Origin: Chlorokybus atmophyticus
Taxonomy: Eukaryota > Plantae > Mesostigma and Chlorokybus algae
NCBI GenBank assembly: GCA_009103225.1
Contig: RHPI01003642.1
Span: 669,932-733,931 of the forward strand
Direction: 5' to 3'
Length of the DNA stretch: 64,000 nucleotides
Below the pieces are notes generated by a model. The model was not told the origin of the DNA and made no database searches. It saw nothing but the letters and a program-made list of their open reading frames with translations. Positions 39,045 through 51,361 of the stretch are shown piece after piece (within the stretch, counting starts at the first letter, position 1; every line of letters begins with the position of its first letter). A program made the position numbers and the translations under genes.

Positions 39045-40891
39045 ATGGTAGTGGACGTGGACATGACGGCTGCCGAGCCTGCGGAATCACAGCCTCCGCG
39101 GTTCAGTCGCACTGACAAGGGCAAAGCGGTTGTGGGAGTGCTGAGCGCGAAGGCGCAAGCTGCACTGGAGAATGCTCCTTGGGTGGAGAAGTATCGACCT
39201 CGGTCGCTTGGAGACGTGGCCGCCCACAGTCAGATCATTGACACGAGTAAGACTGCGCTACGCCATATCACTATGTTTTGCCATGACCGTACCCACGCAG
39301 TTCATCAGTACTCGATGAGCGATTGAGCAAGCTTGATGCAGCGCCCATCATTCTTGTTTCTGTTATGTCAGTGTGTCAGCTGACAATCATTGTCAACCAG
39401 TCGGGAAGCTCACAAGAGAGGGACGCCTACCGCACCTGCTGTTATATGGTCCACCTGGAACAGGCAAGACCTCAACAGTCTTGGCTGTCGCAAGGCAGCT
39501 ATATGGCGACAAGTACCAGAACATGACGCTGGAGTTAAATGCTTCTGACGACCGTGGCATTGATGTGGTGAGGAATCAGATACAAGACTTTGCTTCCACA
39601 CGCACCATCTTCAGGTACAGTTTTGCGTCATTGTGCCGAGTGTGCATTCGCGTACTAATGGAAGGCATGCATGCAGTTCGGGGCTCAAGTTGATTATTCT
39701 TGACGAAGCAGATGCAATGACGAAGGATGCTCAATTTTCACTCAGAAGAAGTGAGTCCTGCTGAACTGGCACTACGCAGTACACATTCATGGTTCAGCAA
39801 GTCATACATTTCTAGCACAGATATGCGCATGGTTGTCTTACACGTTGTCGTTGCGCTGACGAGCATGTCGATCGCAGTCATTGAGAAGTACACAAGAAAC
39901 ACGCGCTTCTGTTTGATATGTAACTATGTGAGCAAAATCATACCTGCTTTGCAATCACGGTGTACAAGATTTCGGTTTGCACCACTTGATCGAGTACACA
40001 TTGTTGAACGCCTGCGCCATGTTATTTCAGAAGAAAGGTCAGCCACAGCACATGACCCAGTCCTTGGCATGCTGCGAGTTGCAGTGCCCTTCATTTGCAA
40101 GCTTGCTGCAACATACAGTGTGAATTTCGTTTGCAGTGTGAACATCATCGATGAAGGTTTGGAGGCCATTGTAAGGTTATCCGGAGGTGACATGCGGCGC
40201 GCTTTGAACATTCTGCAGGTATGGGCAGTTAGCGTCTACTCATTTCGTATTGCACAGCTTGACTCTGCTTTGGTAAAAATGTTTTCTGTTTGCAGTCCAC
40301 ACACATGTCAGCGCCTCAGGTGGATGAGAAAGCAGTCTATCTTTGCACAGGCAACCCACTGCCACAGGACATAGAGCAGATCGTACACTGGCTTCTCAAT
40401 GAGCCGTTCAGCGTCTCCCACAGTCGTATCCTAGTGTTCATGCGGTGAAGTAGTACTGCACAGCTCACATGTGTTGTGATGACCACTGCAAGTGTGGTCC
40501 TTAGCTTCTCTGCAGGCATTCAAGAGCTGAAAATGCTGAAAGGCCTTGCGCTTACTGACGTCGTCCAACAACTTCAACCGTATGCCACCTGCTGCTATTC
40601 ATCAAGCTTTATCCTTTGGCAGCAGTACACGTTTAACATCATGTTGATTCGCAGGTGGGTGTTCAGGTTGAGCCTGCCAGCGGATGTGCGCATCAATCTC
40701 ATTGATGCTCTTTCCAACATAGAGTAAGTGGGCACCATTCTTCGTGGCAGCTGCAACTTGTTGGAACCTAACATGTTTGTTGTGGTTGCAGATACAGACT
40801 TTCAGCAGGGACATCAGAAAAACTGCAACTTGGTTCACTCATTGGCGCCTTCACACACGCCCGCATTGCCGTTGTTGCTGCAGCTGGTTGA
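39045..40891 (+). CDS. RFC5: Replication factor C small subunit (human RFC5 / yeast Rfc3 type), multi-exon; probable 5'-UTR intron ~38567-39036
   Basis: [62 protein letters not shown]; last exon ends AVVAAAG-stop; TGTAA at 41103. Confidence 0.95.
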
Positions 40892-41842
40892 GCTTTAGTG
40901 GATTGGCAAGTTGCGACTTACATAAGCAATGTGGAACGTTGACCTGCACTGGCCTTGGCTACGAACAATTGGGGCAATTTGGGCAATACAAGCTGCCTGA
41001 GTGCTGTGGAAAGCTTCTTGGGTCAAGCTCGAGTGAACTTGCTTCTCCCATTTTGAGCAGTTGGCGGTTGCAGTTGTTGCGGCTCATGACTGGTTCCACC
41101 AGTGTAAAAGTCGAAAATTAATTTCACTCGTGATGAGAGTGGTTATTCAGGTGCATTTACCAACAATCCATGTTGCGATGGGTGATGAATGGGTCATTAC
41201 GTGGGTTACAAAGCATTGTCTGCAACTCTCGAAGCCAGAACAGCGATTGCCATGGGTCTTCCAAAGTCATCAACTTGTCTCAGCCTGTGTAGTTATAGCT
41301 GCGCGTCAACACAAGTTGCACGCAACGGGCTGTCTTGCAGCCTTGTGTTTGGCGGGCTTATGTTGAAAACAATCATGGGCATATCAGTGATTACAGTATT
41401 GCTTGCGACTGTCATGCACATGGTAATGTAGAGGGGCCTGGATTACCAGCAGCTGCCATTCACATCTGAAGTGTGTCGAGTCCACTTTTACTGCGATTCA
41501 CACGCGCATGTTGCCTGTGGTAGTAGAGTACCCACAATTGATCGATGGTTGCAAGCAGTGCTGTCAGCAGTGTTGTCATAGCAGAGCACGGTGCCGTTGC
41601 CACAGCCGCTCACCTTACGCTGCTTGTTCATGTGCTGATGAATATGTGTGCAAGGCAAGTTGTAACACTCGCGCTTGTTCAAGCGCGAGTGTTACAGTGC
41701 TGCTGGACTACTGACAGCCATCATGGTCTTTGTAGTATACTAGCGTGCTTATTGCTGCTAACACGGCAGCATTAGTGCGACATGCAAAGTTGTGCGCAAG
41801 TGGATACTGAAACTAATCTACGCAGAGCGACACCAATGAAGG

Positions 41843-42727
41843 TTAGTCCCGCCATCTATGTCCGCAATTCGCATTACAACACACAAAAAATAGGGTCATT
41901 CCTTCCTCACTCCGGCTTGTAGCCTGCACGAGTCGCGTTGACAGGGTTGTCATTGTAATGGTTTTCGCCATAAAAGCATGTGAGTTTCTGTGATATCTGC
42001 CTGTGAGCCAACTTGATCAAAGATGAAAGCAGAAAAGGAGAAAGAAAGGGCATCCAAGTGATACCTGGAAAAATACTGCTTCTCGGTGCCCGCACTTGAC
42101 GCACTTGACGTCTTTTGTTCTAGGCAATGTTGGATCCGCACTCACGTCTTGAAGAATCTGTGTTCGCTCGCTAACACAAACCAAGTGTGAATGCAGTGAT
42201 CAAGAGTTGCGCTGCTAACATGGGCGTCAGTTACTCAAACACTTACTCCTCAGAATGGTGGATCTCATTCCTGTACACGCAGTTGTTGTCAGCCGCCTCC
42301 TGCAGCAAGATTTGGTTAACTGCTGCTAGCATTTTATGCATGCTGCACAACATTGTTCAATGTCTTGTCTAACGCTGGCAGTGTTGCGCTGTTAAAAGCC
42401 ACTTGCATGTGGCATATACAAGGTCACACGAAGCAGCTCGCAGTCAATGATGACTGTTGACACAAAGAAAATTTGTGACAAGATTCATGTAACGTGCCAC
42501 TTACTATGCATGCAAACATGCTACACCTCTTACCGTATGGTCACATATCCGGCAGGCATATAATAGCACCTTGCGTTCTTTTTCTTCACGTGGGTACAAC
42601 ATGTTGTTACTGCAAAACCAGTAGTTTGCGATGTGTGTACACAGGGTTTGAGTATCAAACGGGAGGAAGCAAAGGGCAGGTTGAACGCAAGCACGCACCA
42701 CTCGCGACAGAAGCGCATAGTACTCAT
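41843..42727 (-). CDS. RPB9: DNA-directed RNA polymerase II subunit RPB9, 5 exons
   Basis: [50 protein letters not shown]/...[50 protein letters not shown]-stop: both zinc ribbons present. Confidence 0.96.
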
Positions 42728-43690
42728 GTCTACTGGCCTGCTGAAGATGACCGGAACAAAACTTCCCGCATTCAACAACGGCAAGCAGTCTGCGCGGCTT
42801 TCAACCAACCACCCACACAAAACCCTACCGACGCCCCAGCAGAACGCAAACGCAACACTCAACGTCTCTTTCAGGCAGCGGGCTAAGCTTGAAGTAATAC
42901 ACCGCCGCCCCGCCGTAGCCACCACTGACTTTGGCGCCAATCTGCGTTCGGCGCCTGCCGCTCTGACTGTTGCCGCGCAGAAGACGATTAAAAGCGGTTT
43001 CTAGCGGCACTATTAGCTCAAAAGTTTAGCTACCTGTTCCGCTACTACAGGTCTGGCGGTCACGCGTACCCGACGGACGTGAGTACGGTGGCATTCACGG
43101 TGCAGTCGGTGTACTGCCGCAGTACTGCGCCTGGTGGTGGACGAGGATGCCGGATGACTGCCACGTTGCAGTTGCGGTATGTGGGCAGAGGGGCAGGCTG
43201 CATTGGCGGCTAGACCTGCCATTGTGGTGGTGAAAGGTTGTGGTGTTGTCGGAGGCGTGGCGGCTGTTGAGCGCATGGGCAATGCGGTGCGTTCTGCTTC
43301 CGGTAAAGCTTGGGGGTGTTTGTTGGTGTGAGTGTGACAGCTGGTCACGGTTGTGAGTTGCGAGTTGCACTTGGGTTGTGGGTTCTGGTGTGTGCTATGC
43401 TTGCCGTCTCCTGCCGTCTCGTTGCATGCTATGAGGGTCTTGGTGGTCAGCTATTAAGTCGACTGTTGAAGTCGGCGCTCCAGCTTGCAATGCACAATTG
43501 TGATGCGCTCCAGGTGCTTGAAGGTGATGATATCCACGCACTCACCGGCGGATGTTTCAGAATGCATGCGTGCTAGCTTATAATTTAGAAGATGCGCTAG
43601 CATGAAACCGTGGCAAGCCAGTCGTAGGCAACCGGCAGGATTGTCTTGTGCACTGCTGTGCCAAGATAACCGATAGGCTGGTTGATTGGA

Positions 43691-46600
43691 ATGGGAACTG
43701 AAGTTTGTGAAGACTACACGACCGCACCTCAAGCCAGCGGCTCCGATCATGCTGATGCCATCGCAGTCACGGTGGTTTCAGACCACGGTGGCAAAGAGCA
43801 CGAAGTCAAGGTTACAATACATGCAGCCAATTCCTCGGAGAACAAGGCTCCTGCAGACGCTCAATTGCGCCCTACCATCTCCAGAGCGGACAGTTGTCTT
43901 GCACCAGACGGGACGCACGAGAGCCTGCAACAGGTTTTACTACATGTTATCGTGACAATGCATGCGACCAGTTACTGCTGTCGCGTCTCAACATGTTGAC
44001 TTCCTGCAGGTTATGGCGAATAAGTACAAAGATGACAGCTGTTCAGAGATTGTGCTTTTCCCACAGACAAAACTGGAATTGCTCTCTCAGCGGGAAACGG
44101 ACTTGTTCTCATATTTGCTGATTGCTGGGATATTCATTGCGCTGCTCATGATGACACTGGCAGGAGTTGTGTCAAATAGCGGCAGGTAAGTATGGTAGTA
44201 TGCACATGCAGTGTACGCATCCAGTGTCGTTGCGTCGGTCGGTCATGTGTCTCTTGACATTGCACCTTGTGCTTGTTCAGCCCAGGCACAGACTTAGGCG
44301 CAGTTGACATTGTGAACCTGGTCTTCCAGCTGGGCCTCTTGTTTGGTACAGCCTCAATGATCGTGCTTTACATCAGGCGCTGTTTCGGTTTGCAGCCTCG
44401 AGAGCAACGCGTGCGTCAGCAAAGGTGTGCTGGATTTTCTGTTCATGTGTCAGTGATGCCTGATGCTAAGTGAACATTCTTGCTCCCACAGATGGGTGCT
44501 GATGCTTCTAATTGGGTTTTATCTGTCATCCGACATGCTGGGCTGGTTTGAGGCGGTGATCACTCGTAAGCGATATGGACCTGTTGCAAGATATTCAGCC
44601 CAAGTTACATCAGCAACATGCATCGCTGCATATTACTTGTACTGGATGCTGAACACCCACTGGTTCAGATTACTCACTCCAGAGCTGCCTCGCAACTTTT
44701 ACTGGCCAAAGGTGGGTTGAACCGGTTCGCCATCTGTGCTGCTGGGCATTTTGCGGTGGCATGCTAAATGCAATATAACTTAACAATGTTGTTCGTGCAG
44801 GTGACTGTGTGTGTTGGTTACTACATGGTTCGCACAACACTACAGCTGACTTTTGATTTCCAAACTTTTACGGCACCTGTCACTTATGCAGTCGCAGCTG
44901 CCCGGGTGCTGGTCTGTTTCGGACCTGAAGAGCTTAGCGCAACTGATTACCAAGCATGCTATGCGGCGATAGGGCTGGCAGGACTTGACATTGTCATTGC
45001 CTTGCAAGTCGTATTGTCGATGCACAAGACGCGAAAGTTACTTCATGACTTACCCTTTTTCAAGTACCGGTACGTTGTTGACGGTATTGTACCTCACTTG
45101 TCAGGCTTGCTCATGCCACGCATCTTACTGATGGGATGTACAACAACAGGTCCAAGATGCTCGGCTTTAGGGCTCATGTTCTGCAGATTGGCGTGCTGTG
45201 GAACTTGGTTATGGTGTTCACAGCTGTGCACGTGCTCAGTGTTCCCTCAAAGGGTTTCATAGTAAACGGGGGGCACCGCAACTTCAATGGGAATACATTC
45301 ATGTCAATTGGCATTGGGTTCGTTGCCATTGCATGGGCTTTTGTTCAGGTGAGGTGAGGGGTTTGGGTTGGGTTTTGAGATCGTGCCTTTTGGTAGAACA
45401 GGTTGTGGGGTACATTGCTCAGCATTCAAAGCTGCTGATTGTACGCACAGGCGCACATGCATCTGCCCATGGATACCCATCACCTCGGACTGCGCGGTTG
45501 GCTGTACACAGACCCAACATGGAGCTTGTACAATGACTTGGAGCGATTGCCAACTTACTCTTTACGGCGCAGCAGGAGCCATAGTACACAACTGAGACCT
45601 CACTTTTCATTGGAGGATTGCGTCGAGGCTTTCAACTTGTCAGCAGTTGCTTATCGCTCCCCTAGTGCTGCATTTGAAATTTTGGCATCGCCAGAAGCTA
45701 TGGCGGACGGCGACGCCGCTGCCTTCATTTGTATAGGACATGTTGTTGATAGTGATACAGATACCCATGTATATATATTTAGCAGTAGTAATAAGATAGC
45801 CGTCACCTTCCGCGGTACGTCGAGTTTGAACTCGCTCGCGACAGACCTGAGATTTGGGATGTCGCCAGTGGATGAAAGTATGCGGCACTTGCAGCTTGGC
45901 AACAAGAAGAAGGTGAAGGAGTGTAGACAGAATTATGGCAATTCAACACAGCACAGCTGTGTAATAAAGGCCATTGTCTCCAAGCGCCAAGTTGCAGGAA
46001 GGTAAGCTGTTGCATCCCATGTGCGCACTACGCCTGCAGGATGTTTGCAACTTGGGCGGCTGCGTACGTGCTGACGTCTGTCATTGGTCCACAGACACAA
46101 AGTTCGCCAGACAGACGCGAGCAGCAGCAGCTCATCACATGGAGGCGCTGTCGCTTCTGTCAGTTCTGCGTGCAGCGCTGATGCATCGTGTCTACATGTC
46201 AATGATAACAAAGAATGGTGGGACAGCCTCCCTGGCCCACTCCCTGGGTACCAGGAGCAAACCGGTGTCCCGCAGGCTGCATTGTCTCATGACGGCAGTC
46301 AATCGAGTGACACTGCCAATGCAGAGGTTGTGGTTGAAGACCTGGGCGCAGGAGGTGACTATACTCAGGCAGCTCGGCAAGTTGTCGATAACATCCGAGA
46401 TCGAGCCACCAGGAAGAAGATACGGCGTGTGCACTCAGGGTAGGGGTCTTACTCTTCTACTATGCTTGACGCCCCGCAGCAAACCCAACTGTTGCATACA
46501 TGATAAATCTATTGATTTACCGGCATTGTCTCAGGTTCTACATGGCGTGGCGGCGTGTGGCTCGAGAGGTGACTTGAGTTGCACATGCAGCACAACCTAC

Positions 46601-47396
46601 TCTCTGTGGGGGGACTGCTATTACGTGTGGCATGTCGACTAAACCGGCAGGGCGTGCAAATGAGCTGTTTGTAAGCTACTATGTGCCCACAGGTGCTCAG
46701 CCTTGTGTCCCAAGAGCGAGTGAAGGTCGAGGAGCCGAGACCAGTGTTGGTCACTGGCCACTCACTTGGCGGCGCGCTTGCTGTACTATGCGCATACGAT
46801 ATGCGTGTGGCTATGGGTATACCTGCCGGAGAAATAACGGTCTACACCTTTGGCTCGCCGAGGATTGGCAACAGCGGTTTCACAACAAGGTTTAACGAAC
46901 TAGTGCCTGTGGCATTTCGCGTTGTCAATAATCGTGACATGGTTACAAAGCTTCCAATGCAAGTGCTGGGGTTCACCCATGCAGGAACACTGGCTCTGTT
47001 CGACGCACAGGTGAAGCCATACATCTACTGCTACTGTTGTAGTTATGTGAAGTTGTGATCTAACATGCGAGTTGTGAGAGTGTAACTTGGATCTGACTGA
47101 CTTGTGTTCTTGGCATGTTGCAGAGTCACAATCTACTGCTCGATCCGAGTTGGGCAGAGGTGGTGTTCATGCACAACGCGCCCTTTGGCAGGACGAGCCG
47201 TCACACCATGATTGCATACAAGGCCTCCATTACTGGTTGGACCCAAAGAACTCACAGTCGAAGCAACTGGGCACCCCCCTTCTGGCCGAAAGCGCTTCGA
47301 GCATCAGGAATTGAGGAGGCTGTACAGCAGGACAACCTTCGCCAGCCTATGAGGCGACTGACTCGGCTCTCATTCTTTTCAATTAGACGGCAATGA
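43691..47396 (+). CDS. Multi-pass membrane (TMEM181/Wntless-like) plus class-3 lipase fusion protein, copy 1; start codon uncertain
   Basis: About 8 hydrophobic segments, then VTFRGTSS, RVHSG/FY, LVTGHSLGGALA (46756-46770), VYTFGSPRIGN, RVVNNRDMVTKLP, SRHTMIAY. Reading frame preserved across the GT-AG introns checked. Confidence 0.85.
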
Positions 47397-47956
47397 TTAT
47401 CACGTTAACCACCAATATGTGGTATTGGTCGCATGCCTCAGCATAGGTTATCTAAATGGGGTGTGTGATGGCAGCAGTTGTGATGGCAGCAGTTGCAATG
47501 GCCTGCACGGTTGACTATTGCGTTGAGCTCTGTCTAAGCTCTTGCTGAGGTTGCACTGCCAAAATGGTCGTTGTACATGCTAACTTACATTTCTGTTGAA
47601 ATGGTGTGCTGTCAGGTCCGCATGTGACTGGTGGTACACAAATCCTGGCTGGCGTGCATTGACACCGGGTATTTGTATTTGCTTCCTTACACACTTCCGT
47701 GGGGGCATGGTTTGAACATGACTGCGTCAAGCACTGCAACCTTTCTATGTTATTGTAGTAGCGGTCCTGTGTCATTTGTATGTGGACATGTGCTGATGGT
47801 AATAATTATGGTGTTTTTTGCAAAATTTACATAACCTGCAGCTTGAGTGAGCACTGAACACCACCACCACTTGACCTAAGCAGAGCCACTGGGCAAGTTG
47901 CAATATGCAGCCTACACTTGGCACTAAACATAACTCTACCAGGATACATCTAGTGG

Positions 47957-50121
47957 TCATGTGGCTGCAATTTTAAGCTCGCACCCGCAGAGCACATGCA
48001 ACAGCACCTGGGTTATCTCTCGCATCGGCTCGTCACACCAGTGAACCATGTCTGCTTGCCTACGATGCGCATCCTCTCGCACCTACAATGGCAGCTTTCT
48101 AGTCAGTGCCCAGCGATGGCCATAACAATGTCATGGTGACTATGGCAAGGGAAGTACCTGAGTAATTGCGCCATGCGTCAAGTACGTCAACAGGTGCATC
48201 TGCTGCTGGTAGCGTGCTCAAGGCGCTCTTGATGAGGTCATTGGTAAGCCCAACATTTGCAGGCGTAAAATGCTGATGTTTCTGCTGCATGCAGGTCGGA
48301 TAGCCCAATGTTGCCAGTCGCATCTGGCTTGTTGCGATCAGCAGGTGCACTGCTGTGGCTGTCATCCAGATCAGCCTGTCAAACATCGGGATGGTCCGAA
48401 CAGCAGCAACAAACCGCTTCACCTGCTTGCACATCACATTAGTTCTGCTGCCAAGCAACTGTCCTCGAGCTCATAGCCATGCAGATGACACTGCCACACA
48501 CACCGCGGGTATGAGGTGTTCTTTGGTGACTCGGCCGTAAGCAGCATCATGCAGGCCGATGGCAAAAAGAAAATGTTCTCGAGTGCTGGGGCTGCCTCGC
48601 AGCCGCTCGTTGAGGATGGCGCGCATGTTGGCCACAAGTTCCTTGTCAGTGTAGTGTTCAACTGCGAAAAAACAGCGATCCCCTAAAGTCTATTTGTTGC
48701 TGATAAACTGGTCAGCAGCGGTGCAACGACATTGGAATGAGGTACCCAACATTCCAAGGTGCGGTTCGATGCGCGCAGGTGAGGTCACAAGATGGGCTGT
48801 GCGACTGCGCACACTGCAAGTATGTGCACAGCTGCATGCCGACCGAATCAGCCACCATCGCAAGCGTGATGTTTTGAAAGACACTTCTGGCCGCTCGCCT
48901 GTCTGTAGCGACCGTACTGGCAGTCCCTGCCCTGCCACATCTCATAGCTGCAATACTCTGGATATTTACTTGTCAACTGTGAACCGCCCCACTTGGATGG
49001 ACAGTTATAATGGCCGTCTGCTCACTTGCAAGCCGGACAGATGGGCGTGGCATCTTGGTGCGGGCTGAAGACATCCCTTTGACTTGCAGAAGTCCAACTC
49101 GCCCAGTACCCAGCGTTGTTGGTAGAGGTACAAGCATGGGATGGCAGTGGTTGCAAGACGTATAACTGAGGAATGCCAATGGCAAAAGGGGCACCAGCCA
49201 CATACTACCCGACGTATCACTTTGCCTCTGGCTGTTCTCGTCCCGATCGGTCAACAGCACCCATGCGGGATGTATTCAACCCATACAATAACCTGTGTGA
49301 CCACTGGTTGGCACTGCGCCTCCATGTCTTGACATAGAGCCCAGCCATGTATAATCCATGCACAACTTGGCCACGCATCAAGACATTGCCACACACCGTG
49401 TGAGGTCCAGCTTCTACAGGGACAAAGTGGATGTTACTTGCCAGGCCGCAGATTGTGGCGCACCACTTGACACACTGCCTGATCCTATGAATAGGATATT
49501 CAATAAGTGTGTTGCCAAACCTCTGCACAAGGGGGCAACAGCAACGTGGTGGCATTGGCGTTGCTGCAGCGCACCTTTGACAATTATGTACAACACTGCG
49601 TCCGTAGATTGTCGTGGGTGGGTCCGGCCTTGGCACGGTGGTGTTACCGCACAACCAACCCCAAAAAGACAGTAGGGAGCTCAATGTCATAGTGAATGTC
49701 ATGTGTGCCGTTCCAGACGGCTGTGTGCGAAGGGATGTTCATCAACTGGTTTGACTGGGATCTGCACATGATACCGCTTGGTGAACAACGCAAGTAAGTT
49801 TTGGCACAACCCACAAGCAGCGAGTGTGACAGTAGTATGCGCAGCACATGCAATTCAGAGCTCTGCTATAGCTGCACAAGTGTCAAGTGCAACGCGGAAC
49901 CTGGAATGCACAGTTTTTGACTATGATGGCTAATGCTCACCTGCTGTACAAGCAGAGCTGTACAAGCAGTGGTTTTGTCGACTGATGGGACGTCTAATGC
50001 TAAGGTGCGGGGTGCACGCAACTCGGCAAAGGACCTCCATAGACAGGTGGCGGAAGCAACCGCGGCAAAAACCAGCAGAAGAACCGCCCTCCGCGTCACT
50101 GAGCCGCCCACCATATCGCAT
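47957..50121 (-). pseudogene. NXPE/PC-esterase-like gene, copy 1, probable pseudogene
   Basis: Paralogue of 55600-57764 with a 4 nt insertion near 49618, 2 nt deletions near 49435-49445 and 49271, and a CAG-to-TAG stop at 48690-48692. Confidence 0.75.
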
Positions 50122-50370
50122 GCAAGCACCTTTCACCGGGACAGGTGGACAGTTAAAGGGCTAGCAACCTGACGGCTAACAAGGCTAGCTACTAAACACG
50201 CAAATGCAGCTACACAGCAGTGGAAGGCTGGCCTAAAACTGCCACAACCTCATCGTCACCCAGAAGACCGCCAGCGCCGCCGCTCATGGAAACAACACGT
50301 TGTTGCTGCAATCGCAGTTGTGTGCATGCCCAGCTTGTAAAGACACTAGATAAAGCGGTTGGCAAATTGA

Positions 50371-50412
50371 ACGCAAACACTCACCACTCACGACGACGCG
50401 CATAGTACTCAT
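50371..50412 (-). pseudogene. Orphan decayed copy of RPB9 exon 1
   Basis: Minus strand reads ATGAGTACTATGCGCGTCGTCGTGAGTGGTGAG versus ATGAGTACTATGCGCTTCTGTCGCGAGTGGTGCG in RPB9; no downstream RPB9 exons follow. Confidence 0.8.
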
Positions 50413-51361
50413 GCCGGCTAACAACAACCAGAACAAACTCCCCTCTTTAACGGCAAGCAGTCTGCGCAGCCTTTCTTGGGCCACCATTGGTGGCCCAAGA
50501 AAGGCGGTAGGGTTTGGTGTTGGTGGGCCACCAACACCAAATCCTACCGCCACCCCAGCAGAGCGCAAATGCAACACACTCAACGTCTGTTTCAGGCAAC
50601 GGGCCTCATCGCCACGACCGACTTCAGGACGACTGACTTTGGCGCCAATCTCTGCTTCGCCTGCCTCAAGCCTGTTGCCGCACAGGAGCCGATCTGAAGC
50701 GGCTTGCTAGCGACACCATCAGCCCAGACGTTTTAGCAACCTGTTCCGCTACTAGTACAGAGGTCTGGCGCTGGTCACGCTACCCGACGGACGTGTGTGT
50801 GTACGGTGGCACGGTGCAGTCGGTGTACTGCGCCTGGTAGTGAACGGGGATGCCGGATGACTGCCGCGTTGCAGTGGCGGTGGGTGGGCGGAGGGCGGGG
50901 TGCATTGGACGTTGTGGAGGGGGGAGGTGGTTTCGTCGAAGGCGTGGCGGCTGCTGGGCGCAGGGACAATGCGGTGCGATTCGGTTCCGGTAAAGCTTGG
51001 GGTGTTTGTTGTTGGTGTGAGAGTAAGAGCTGGTCACGGTTGTGAGATGCGACTTGCGCTAGGGTATGGGTTTTGGTTTGTGCTTTACTGGTGATTAGTC
51101 TCGTTGCATGCTGTGCTTGGTGGTCAGCTACTAACTCGACTGTTGAAGTCTGCGCTCAACCTTGAAATGTACAACTGTCCAGGTGCTTGAAGGTGTTGAT
51201 GTCCACGCACTCACTGGCGGATGTCTTGGAATGCATGCGTGCTAGCTTGAAGTGTAGAAGATGCGCTATGAAACCGCGGCAAGCTAGTCGTAGGCAACCG
51301 GCAGGACTGTACCGTGCACTGTACTGCTGGGCCAAGACAACCGCTACGCTGGTTGGCTGGA

